Of a DNA stretch of 64,000 bases, positions 26,901-40,200 are shown in pieces; the stretch's first letter is position 1, and every line of letters begins with the position of its first letter. The notes below the pieces were generated by a model. It searched no databases, was not told the origin of the DNA, and saw only the letters and a list, made by a program, of their open reading frames with translations. The translations under genes were made by a program, and so were the position numbers. This DNA comes from Bugula neritina (Eukaryota; Animalia; Bryozoa): assembly GCA_964035545.1 (NCBI GenBank), contig OZ037770.1, forward strand, positions 13,258,642-13,322,641. Reading direction: 5' to 3'.

Positions 26901-28227
26901 CTTTCTTTTTGGTTTTCCAAAATGAAAGTGAACTTCTCTGGAATAAAATAGTAGTGTTTCTAAACTGATGTTTGGTAGGTAGCGCTACTTTCTCTCCAAA
27001 ACTTATTATAAAGACTTTGTGCTATTTGTGCTATCTATCCGCAATGAATAATCTATATAAAATCTTTGAGAAACTAACTCCAATATTCATAATGATCACA
27101 CGCAATCAGATTGTTCAATTTTATTCGAATACCGGATAATAATTTATAGCGTTAAAAATTCGTACTTGCAAGGAAAATTAAATTTTGATGTAAAGCACAT
27201 TGACTTAGAGTCTGACTGACTCAGTCTGAGTCTGAGCCTTTCATTAGAATTTTCTTTAAAATTATAGTAGTAAAGTTCAAGTTTTTAAACTAAAGAAATC
27301 TAAAATCAGGTTGTTGTTGCCTGTAACACTAAAAATAAATTTATAATCCATTGCTTAACAGTACTTAATCATAATAATAATCATAACGATAATGATAATT
27401 TTTTCATAATCTTATCAGTTATCTAAAGCTAAAAATAAATCATAATCATATTGTAAATAATATTGTTATTGCTTATTTTAATTTAGAATTTAAATTAAAA
27501 TTCAAATTGTAAATTCTACTGAAAATTTGCTTTTAGTTTTAGTTTAACTTGAGCCTTTACTTTAACTTTAACTTTAACTGGAAGCTAAGCCTAAGGGCAA
27601 GGCTAAGCAATTGATTAAAGTGTAATACTAATAGTAGTGGTCCGACTAATAGGAACAATTTATAACTCTATTAGTATCACTATCATTATAGTATAAATAT
27701 AACACTGTAACAATAAAATTAACTATGGTTATAACTATAAGTATAAGTAAACAGAATTTCTTATTCAAGTGTAACACTAAGATAATCATATTGATAATCA
27801 TAATGATAACCATAATTACAGTGATAAATATTAAAATAAATAAACATTAACTAATTTAAATTTAAAGTAACTAATCTATAACATTAAATTAAACTAATAC
27901 TATAAGTATAACGCTGTGATTAAAAATATGTTCAACTATTTCTGAAAATACTAAATCTAATACTATTGTACTTAGTATTAGTATTACTATTAGTATTAGT
28001 ATTACATTTGCTCTATTAGTATTATAGTTAGCATTGCATGTATTTAGTTTTACTTGTAGTACTACTAGCAGTAACTACGTCTATAGCATAAACACGTTGA
28101 ATGGTTTGATAAGTAACTCCTCATAGTAAATTTTAATGGTGCTGCATAGGCACTCTAGCTCTGAATTCATCTGTATGTAAATGAAATTAGTTTGCTTTTC
28201 TTAAATTGTAATGTTGATTGTTTTAGA

Positions 28228-31200
28228 ATGAATGAGCAAGGAGCTGGTGGTGTATCTAAACATGTGCTGTTTAATCCTGCCCTCACTCTAGACACACCTG
28301 AGGCCCACGGATTGTTCTCTCCAGGTAGACTATTCAGTTTCAGTTTGAATTACATAATCTTGCTGAATGTTTTATAAGTCGCCGTTATTCGACCGGACGC
28401 TGAAATATATTTTTGAAACACCACTTTTAACTTTAAGGCTATTTGATATCATATGTTTGCAAGTTTGTGTATAATTGATTTTATAGTACTTGGTGCATAT
28501 TATGTAGTAAATTGTATGTTGAACAATTTTCTATGGTCATGTTCAAACCTCTAATACTGCAGCATTAAGGTTTTATCCTTCGTACCATCAAAAGGTGGTT
28601 AAAAGAGCATTTTATAATGGACTCATTAGTAGCCCATCTTTTATCGTTCAGAGAATGAAGTTAACATTACCAAGTGAAAATACAACTCGACTATGGTATT
28701 CCATCATTGTAATGTATTGGAATTTGTCATGTATCTTGTATGTATAGGAGGGGAGTACAGCTATGTCTATGATGGACCTCTACTGAGGGTGTTCGCTGAT
28801 GATGGCTCGTCAATTAGTCAAGTAAACTTTGCCAACCTACTGGACTCTGGGGGTGGCACTGGAGACGCCCCGCCTTCTGTTCTATGTGTAGTGCCATTCA
28901 ACAAAGTCAACGTCTTAGTCGGGCTAGAAGATACTGGCGGTCACGGTCATTTATTTCTGCTGAATGTGGTCATATGTAAAGTTCTGAGATCCATAGCTCT
29001 ACCTCATGGGGTTAGTATCACAGTATAGTGTTTTATATATGTAATATATTTTATGTGAAATCCTTGTAGAGTAATACTGCTTTGTATAGTGAACATAGTG
29101 AACATATCAGTCAATTGCTTGCTGAATGCAGTTGCTTTATTGGAAAAGAATGTGTTTTACTCCTAATTTGAGTGGTTGAGATGGCAAAACGGAAAATATT
29201 ATGTAGGTGTTTTCCTATGCAATCAATTACATGTTATATATTGTATTTGTATATTATGTTATGTATGTATGTGTATATAGTGTACGTAGTAAATGTGTTG
29301 TGTTTAGGTCACAAGTATGGAAACTATCTTCAATAACTCGGACTGCAGTGAAGTCCCATATCTCTCTAAGGAATTGCAGGCTTTCTCCGGAATAGTAGCC
29401 TGTGGTACCAAGGGTGGACAAATCTACATAATAGGTAACGTGCCATCGGCCCGACTGTTCTATTTACTCTGTAGCTGTGCTACCAGTCTGTCTATTTGCT
29501 GGCTTCACAAATTTAAGATAATCCTTGAAATTTTGTTGTTGAATTAGATTGGTCACTTCCAAGACTTGCTATCATTTTGTTTCTAAAAGCACTTTATAAA
29601 ACTTGTTGTGATTTTCTGATATGGAGTACAGCAGCATCATTGCGGTGATCTCCACACTTAACAACTGTTCTATAGTTCACACATAAGCTCACAGTGTAGG
29701 GTGTGGAAAAGGTAGACTCTGTGTTGTAGACCTGCTGCTGGACCAGGAAGTGGTTGTCTCCCCTCCCCTCTCACTCCACTCCCTCCACCTGTCAGATGAG
29801 CTCCCAGATCGGCAGCAGCTGCTAGAAAGTCAGCACAAGACTATGGCTTTCTCCTTAGCGTGTGCAGATAACTCTCAATATTTCAGCTACGTTTCTGCCG
29901 ACCAGAAAGTCCTCCAGTATTTTCATTACGGTACGGTACAACTACCCCTTCCCCAACAATGATATAGACCTCCACTATTTGTACCTCACTCTTGAAATTA
30001 AATTTCTATTGCATATCTAAACATATAAATAATATTTTTTGCTATAACTAATAGTAGCAGATAAAACCGTCTTTCCTATCAATGACTGTGTAGTTTTCGT
30101 ATTTCCTTTGGCAACTAGAATTTATTTTATTTGTTTTTTACCCTTATCGCGTCTTCCTAGCGTAAATTTGCGTGAATTAAAAAAAGGAAGTGCATCTATA
30201 TGATAGCTTTTTCCTCCCGTAAAGTAAAATATATTCAAACATACAAAGCTGGTTTTAATCAGTAACTCTAAGGATATAAAAGGGCTTGAAGAAGACCTTT
30301 TAATGTTGTGTAATGTTATGTATAGTTATTTGTATATACCTATGATGCCAAGTATATATATTATATATTATCGTATCATCATATCGTATCATCATATATC
30401 GTGTCATATCGTGTTGACATATCGTATCATATTGTTGCAGATGACGTGTGCATCTCCAGTCTTAAGTTTCTCCCACAGATTGGAACACTCTGTGTTGGAT
30501 ACAACTTTGGGTCATATCAAATGTGGAGAATGGACCCACTTACCCTAGAGTAAGTAATGCTTGAGCAACTTACCTGGTATAGACTTGAGTAAGTGTGTAA
30601 CTTACCTGGTATAGACTTTAGTAGGTGTGTAACTTACCTGGTATAGACTTGAGTAAGTGTAGGTAGGTCTGTTCACCTCCTACGGAGTAAATAGCTATCT
30701 TTAGCTCTTCTAATAAAATTTGCTTTTAGTCATGAATTAATTCTTTTACGCACTAAAGGCAATAAGCAATAGAATGTTCAGTGAATGTAGAGTGTGATGT
30801 TGGAGTTGTAATCTCTCTGCTTACTATCATGTCCTCAGCTCTCTCATAAACATGGCTGCCTTTTCATAGTGATTTATAACCAGGTTTAATGAGTATAAGT
30901 ATGGGTAGCATATCAACCTCCACCTCGTTAATGGAAGTATGCTCATATGTTTAAGTTTGAGAGTTTAGAGTTTCAGTTTAACCTGAAGATTACGCAACTT
31001 CTGGTGTTATACTTAACTTGCTGCTGCTCACCCACCGCAGTATATTTTCATAGCTACTCAAGTTCAGTGAACCCTGACGCCCTGCCCGCCACACATTTCT
31101 CGTACCAGGAGCCAGAAAACGACCCTCGGTCCTTCGGTTACCTCTGGGTGGTGAGATGCTCCGGGATTCCGGCAGCTAGCCTCAGCGACAGCATGCAGGA

Positions 31201-34200
31201 CCACGTCTCCGGGTCTATGGCTAAAATCAGCCTCTACCAGCTGGCTTTTGACTCAAAGGTTTATACAGACAGCGGCTCCTCTCTGTTTAAGGTTCGCTCT
31301 GCTATACTCTACTGCATTCTGCTATACTCTACTGTATCCTGCTATACTCTACTGCATTCTGCTATACTCTACTGTATTCTGCTATACTCTACTGCATTCT
31401 GCTATACTCTACTGCATTCTGCTATACTCTACTGTATTCTGCTATACTCTACTGCACTCTGCTATACTCTACTGTATCCTGCTATACTCTACTGCACTCT
31501 GCTATACTCTACTGTATTCTGCTATACTCTACTGCATCCTGCTATACTTTACTGTATTCTGCTATATTCTACTGCATTCTGCTATACTCTACTGTACTCT
31601 GCTATACTCTACTGTATTCTGCTATACTCTACTATATTCTGCTATACTCTACTGTATTCTGCTATATTCTACTGTATTCTGCTATACTCTACTGTATTCT
31701 GCTATACTCTACTGTATTCTGCTATATTCTACTGCATTCTGCTATACTCTACTGTATTCCGCTATACTCTACTGCATTCTGCTATACTCTACTGTATTCT
31801 GCTATACTCTACTGTATTCTGCTATATTCTACTGCATCCTGCTATACTCTACTGTATTCTGCTATACTCTACTGTATTCTGCTATACTCTACTGTATTCT
31901 GCTATACTCTACTGTATTCTGCTATACTCTACTGTATTCTGCTATATTCTACTGTATTCTGCTATACTCTACTGTATTCTGCTATACTCTACTGCATTCT
32001 GCTATACTCTACTGTATTCTGCTATACTCTACTGTATTCTGCTATACTCTACTGTATTCTGCTATACTCTACTGTATTCTGCTATACTCTACTGTATTCT
32101 GCTATATTCTACTGCGTCCTGCTATACTCTACTGTATTCTGCTATACTCTACTGTATTCTGCTATACTCTACTGTATTCTGCTATACTCTACTGTATTCT
32201 GCTATACTCTACTGTATTCTGCTATACTCTACTGTATTCTGCTATACTCTACTGTATTCTGCTATACTCTACTGTATTCTGCTATACTCTACTGTATTCT
32301 GCTATACTCTACTGTATTCTGCTATATTCTACTGCATTCTGCTATACTCTACTGTATTCTGCTATACTCTACTGCATTCTGCTGTTTATTAGACTAGTAG
32401 TCAGTCCTTTTAGATTCTAGAATGTAGATTATTGTTTGTTTACTTTTATAAAACTTTCTATGTAACTGATAATTAATTCTATATTTCATGTAATTCAGGT
32501 TTTAGTTCTCATGCATGTTTTTAAAATAAAGCCCTGAGATTGTTTTCTAACAGGATTTGATGCAAGTAGGCTGTGCACTGGAGCACCAGCTAGCACCTGA
32601 CGAGGATGTCCTCTCAAGCTGGGTGGTCTCATGTGACACCCTTACTAACATCAAGTCTCTGAAGATTCTAGAAGATGACAGTCAGCTAAGTGAGTGTAAA
32701 AAGGGCTCAGGATTCTTATGGTTGTATAAATTCAATGCGTTTAGACCAATTTATTGCAATGATATATAAATTAGTAAATAATACTAGCAATATAATAGAT
32801 AACAAATGGTAATAATAATATATAAAGTAATAAATAATAATAATATGTAAACAGTAGTAATATATAATAAGCAATAAATGATGGCAATATATATAGTGAT
32901 AAATAGCAATATATAAATTAATAATTATAATATATAAGGCCAGGTTTGTATATGATAGACACAATACATTCTCTACTTGACAGACTTTGTGCCAGATGAT
33001 ACATTTATGATGGTAATATCGTGGAGAGTGAGATATACAGACGACACTATTACCTCTCATTTCGCTCTCTTTGATATCAACAGATGGTACCACGCACAGA
33101 TGCCTCGGCAAATCAGGTATCTGTTAGAGGGTTACTACATTCAGTGACCCCAAACTTGGTGCTGCATCAAAAGCTTTCCTAGTAGTTCACTTACACAACC
33201 TTATGATCTGGCATGCAGCAAACTAAAAATACTTTTGGAGTTTCATACTCGCTGTAGGCTTAATTGAACTGATATACCTGAAGTAAGGTGCAAGTTATAC
33301 TTTTGAGAAATAGTGTTACATGTGGCTGCTGCACAAACTATTATGTGGTTGTTTTCACTCACATGAGAAGTGCTAAAATTTAGTTTAATGTATTTCTAGA
33401 GAGTTTAAAGGTTTTAGGTAAAGTGCTGTTATGTAATGTTTAGTTTATTCAGTGCATGGTGCATGAAGGTTTATTTCCAGGCAAGTTGGTCGCAACTATC
33501 TACACTCTAACTTCTAACTTTCTTGTTATGATGTTTTGAGTAGAAAATGTTTTTAATACTTATAATATAGGCTCTGCAATATTTTAATGTAGGGTGAAAT
33601 TTGAAAATATCTATTTGAATTGCAATAAAATTCACTGCAAGAAGCACATTTATATGTTATTTGAAAAACCAAACTTTCAGTCATAACAACCTGCTCTCCC
33701 GTGTCAAAGTGTAACAACCTGTTCTCCCGTGTCAGGTGGTATGACGGATGGTGCTCCTACTTTGCTCAGTACTCTTTTGACGCGGCCATTGAAGACAAGC
33801 CCTGCCTTGATGTCTACTTAGACACGAGCACCATTTCCTGCTACAAGTGCCCGAGTCTACGTAACTTGGAGAAGTTTCAGTATCCGTCGTCTCTTAGCTT
33901 CGGTAACTTCCTGTACCAGCTACTTCGACTTTGATTGACTAATTTTAAAGTTATTTTCAGGAGTTTAACTGCTTGTTTTATTTTTTCTGGTTTATAGCAG
34001 TATCAGGTGTAGATTTAAACCCTTTCCTATAGCATATGCAGCGTGTGTTTTGCGGCCACATGGAATGAAATTTTATGTTCGGTCGTAAGCGGTGAACACC
34101 TGCTGCAGCAGTTGTCTGCTGCACACAATACGTTGCCAGCGTAACTTGAATGACCAATTTTGTTTGCCATTGGCTTTACTGCTTCATGTTATGAATTATT

Positions 34201-37200
34201 TTGTTTTTAATTTCAACTTGCTATTCTCAATAATGTGCGTATGGAATAAAAACTGAAATGCGAGAATTGGACCTGCTAATTCTTACTCAACCTATCAAAT
34301 CACTGCTTTTTGCAGTATTCATTCAGCATGTTGACCTCATGAAATGCGCACTAAATAGCTCTTTATCTGTGTGAGGTTGTTCCCAGTAGTCTATGTGGCA
34401 AGACCTTTATGCTTACACTCGAGTTATGTGATGCTATCTGCACAGTCAAAGCTGCTGGATCCTCTCTGCTCTCTTGTGTAGAGGAGAAGACACTCCACAG
34501 CGCAACGACTCCAACTGTCATTATATGTTGTAGACATAAGATTTCTCCTACCTTCTAGTCATGTGACTCTAACCTACAATGGGCTTCAGAGACAAGCCCT
34601 GCTTGATGTCGTCAACTGTGGACCTGAAGCTATTATTAAACCAGAGGAAGCGTTTGAGGTGCTATTCTCTGCGGGACTAATATCTAACAGAACCACCAAC
34701 CAAGTGAGTATATCGTTAATATATATTATATAGTATATGAGTAATAACTATTATATTAATATACAATGTAGTAATAACTATTATATTAATATATAGTATA
34801 GTAATAACTAGTATATTAATATATAGTATAGTAATAACTGTTATATTATTATTTAGTATAGTAATAACTATTATATTATTATATAGTATAGTAATAACTA
34901 TTATATTAATATATAGTATAGTAATAACTAGTATATTATTATATATAGTATAGTAATAACTAATATATTAATATTTAGTATAGTAATAACTATTATATTA
35001 ATATATAGTATAGTAATAACTATTATATTATTATATAGTATAGTAATAACTATTATATTAATATATAGTATAGTAATAACTATTATATTAATATATAGTA
35101 TAGTAATAACTATTATATTAATATATAGTATAGTAATAACTGTTATATTAATATATAGTATAGTAATAACTAGTATATTATTGTATAGTATAGTAATAAC
35201 TAGTATATTATTATATAGTATAGTAATAACTATTATATTATTATATAGTATAGTAATAACTATTATATTATTATATAGTATAGTAATAACTAGTATATTA
35301 ATATATAGTATAGTAATAACTAGTATATTAATATATAGTATAGTAATAACTAGTATATTAATATATAGTATAGTAATAACTATTATATTAATATATAGTA
35401 TAGTAATAACTATTATATTAATATATAGTATAGTAATAACTATTATATTAATATTTAGTATAGTAATAACTATTATATTAATATACAATGTAGTAATAAC
35501 TATTATATTAATATATAGTATAGTAATAACTATTATATTAATATATAGTATAGTAATAACTATTATATTATTATATAGTATAGTAATAACTAGTATATTA
35601 ATATATAGTATAGTAATAACTATTATATTAATATATAGTATAGTAATAACTGTTATATTAATATATAGTATAGTAATAACTATTATATTAATATACAATG
35701 TAGTAATAACTATTATATTAATATATAGTATAGTAATAACTATTATATTAATATATAGTATAGTAATAACTATTATATTAATATATAGTATAGTAATAAC
35801 TATTAATATTAATATATAGTATAGTAATAACTATTATATTATTATATAGTATAGTAATAACTATTATATTAATATATAGTATAGTAATAACTATTATATT
35901 AATATATAGTATAGTAATAACTATTATATTAATATATAGTGTAGTAATAACTATTATATTAATATATAGTATAGTAATAACTATTATATTAATATATAGT
36001 ATAGTAATAACTATTATATTATTATATAGTATAGTAATAACTATTATATTAATATATAGTATAGTAATAACTAGTATATTAATATTTAGTATAGTAATAA
36101 CTAATATATTATTATATAATATAGTAATAACTATTATATTATTATATAGTATAGTAATAACTGTTATATTATTATATAGTATAGTAATAACTATTATATT
36201 AATATATAGTATAGTAATAACTATTATATTAATATATAGTATAGTAATAACTATTATATTATTATATAGTATAGTAATAACTATTATATTAATATATAGT
36301 ATAGTAATAACTAGTATATTAATATATAGTATAGTAATAACTAGTATATTAATATATAGTATAGTAATAACTAGTATATTAATATATAGTATAGTAATAA
36401 CTATTATATTAATATATAGTATAGTAATAACTATTATATTATTATATAGTATAGTAATAACTATTATATTATTATATAGTATAGTAATAACTAGTATATT
36501 AATATATAGTATAGTAATAACTAGTATATTAATATATAGTATAGTAATAACTATTATATTAATATATAGTATAGTAATAACTGTTATATTATTATATAGT
36601 ATAGTAATAACTAGTATATTATAATATAGTATAGTAATAACTATTATATTAATATATAGTATAGTAATAACTAGTATATTATAATATAGTATAGTAATAA
36701 CTATTATATTAATATATAGTATAGTAATAACTAGTATATTAATATATAGTATAGTAATAACTATTATATTAATATATAGTATAGTAATAACTATTATATT
36801 AATATATAGTATAGTAATAACTAGTATATTAATATATAGTATAGTAATAACTATTATATTAATATATAGTATAGTAATAACTATTATATTAATATATAGT
36901 ATAGTAATAACTATTATATTAATATATAGTATAGTAATAACTATTATATTATTATATAGTATAGTAATAACTATTATATTATTGTATAGTATAGTAATAA
37001 CTAATATATTATTATATAGTATAGTAATAACTATTATATTATTATATAGTATAGTAATAACTATTAATATTAATATATAGTATAGTAATAACTATTATAT
37101 TATTATATAGTATAGTAATAACTATTATATTAATATATAGTATAGTAATAACTATTATATTAATATATAGTATAGTAATAACTATTATATTAATATATAG

Positions 37201-40200
37201 TATAGTAATAACTATTATATTAATATATAGTATAGTAATAACTATTATATTAATATATAGTATAGTAATAACTAGTATATTAATATATAGTGTAGTAATA
37301 ACTATTATATTAATATATAGTATAGTAATAACTATTATATTAATATATAGTATAGTAATAACTATTATATTATTATATAGTATAGTAATAACTATTAATA
37401 TTAATATATAGTATAGTAATAACTATTATATTAATATATAGTATAGTAATAACTATTATATTAATATATAGTATAGTAATAACTAGTATATTAATATTTA
37501 GTATAGTAATAACTAATATATTATTATATAATATAGTAATAACTATTATATTATTATATAGTATAGTAATAACTAGTATATTATTATATAGTATAGTAAT
37601 AACTGTTATATTATTATATAGTATAGTAATAACTAGTATATTATTATATAGTATAGTAATAACTATTATATTATTATATAGTATAGTAATAACTATTATA
37701 TTAATATATAGTATAGTAATAACTATTATATTAATATATAGTATAGTAATAACTATTATATTATTATATAGTATAGTAATAACTATTATATTAATATATA
37801 GTATAGTAATAACTGTTATATTATTATATAGTATAGTAATAACTATTATATTAATATATAGTATAGTAATAACTATTATATTAATATATAGTATAGTAAT
37901 AACTATTATATTATTGTATAGTATAGTAATAACTAGTATATTATTATATAGTATAGTAATAACTATTATATTAATATATAGTATAGTAATAACTAGTATA
38001 TTAATATATAGTATAGTAATAACTATTATATTAATATATAGTATAGTAATAACTATTATATTAATATATAGTATAGTAATAACTAGTATATTAATATATA
38101 GTATAGTAATAACTATTATATTAATATATAGTATAGTAATAACTATTATATTAATATATAGTATAGTAATAACTATTATATTAATATATAGTATAGTAAT
38201 AACTATTATATTATTATATAGTATAGTAATAACTATTATATTAATATATAGTATAGTAATAACTAATATATTAATATATAGTATAGTAATAACTAGTATA
38301 TTATTATATAGTATAGTAATAACTAGTATATTATTATATAGTATAGTAATAACTGTTATATTAATATATAGTATAGTAATAACTATTATATTAATATATA
38401 GTATAGTAATAACTATTATATTAGTGTATAGTATAGTAATAACTGTTATATTAATATATAGTATAGTAATAACTAGTATATTAGTGTATAGTATAGTAAT
38501 AACTAGTATATTATTATATAGTATAGTAATAACTATTATATTAATATATAGTATAGTAATAACTAGTATATTAATATATAGTATAGCAATAACTAGTATA
38601 TTAATATATAGTATAGTAATAACTATTATATTAATATATAGTATAGTAATAACTATTATATTAATATATAGTATAGTAATAACTAGTATATTAATATATA
38701 GTATAGTAATAACTGTTATATTATAATATAGTATAGTAATAACTATTATATTAATATATAGTATAGTAATAACTAGTATATTATTATATAGTATAGTAAT
38801 AACTATTATATTAATATATAGTATAGTAATAACTATTATATTAATATATAGTATAGTAATAACTAGTATATTATAATATAGTATAGTAATAACTATTATA
38901 TTAATATATAGTATAGTAATAACTAGTATATTAATATATAGTATAGTAATAACTATTATATTAATATATAGTATAGTAATAACTATTATATTAATATATA
39001 GTATAGTAATAACTAGTATATTAATATATAGTATAGTAATAACTATTATATTAATATATAGTATAGTAATAACTATTATATTAATATATAGTATAGTAAT
39101 AACTATTATATTAATATATAGTATAGTAATAACTATTATATTATTATATAGTATAGTAATAACTATTATATTAATATATAGTATAGTAATAACTAATATA
39201 TTAATATATAGTATAGTAATAACTAGTATATTATTATATAGTATAGTAATAACTAGTATATTATTATATAGTATAGTAATAACTGTTATATTAATATATA
39301 GTATAGTAATAACTATTATATTAATATATAGTATAGTAATAACTATTATATTAGTGTATAGTATAGTAATAACTGTTATATTAATATATAGTATAGTAAT
39401 AACTAGTATATTAGTGTATAGTATAGTAATAACTAGTATATTATTATATAGTATAGTAATAACTATTATATTAATATATAGTATAGTAATAACTAGTATA
39501 TTAATATATAGTATAGCAATAACTAGTATATTAATATATAGTATAGTAATAACTATTATATTAATATATAGTATAGTAATAACTATTATATTAATATATA
39601 GTATAGTAATAACTAGTATATTAATATATAGTATAGTAATAACTGTTATATTATAATATAGTATAGTAATAACTATTATATTAATATATAGTATAGTAAT
39701 AACTAGTATATTATTATATAGTATAGTAATAACTATTATATTAATATATAGTATAGTAATAACTATTATATTAATATATAGTATAGCAATAACTAGTATA
39801 TTAATATATAGTATAGTAATAACTATTATATTAATATATAGTATAGTAATAACTATTATATTAATATATAGTATAGTAATAACTAGTATATTAATATATA
39901 GTATAGTAATAACTATTATATTAATATATAGTATAGTAATAACTAGTATATTAATATATAGTATAGTAATAACTGTTATATTATAATATAGTATAGTAAT
40001 AACTATTATATTAATATATAGTATAGTAATAACTAGTATATTATTATATAGTATAGTAATAACTATTATATTAATATATAGTATAGTAATAACTATTATA
40101 TTAATATATAGTATAGTAATAACTAGTATATTAATATATAGTATAGTAATAACTATTATATTATTATATAGTATAGTAATAACTAATATATTATTATATA

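Noticed and set aside
30567-30662. U1 snRNA gene
   Set aside because: Only the first ~10 nt match; no U1 stem-loops or Sm site follow.
31292-32420. Cys/Tyr/Leu-rich ORFs 30947..32392 (tail) and 31248..32420
   Set aside because: Read-through of ELYS exon 6 into a 20-bp intronic minisatellite.
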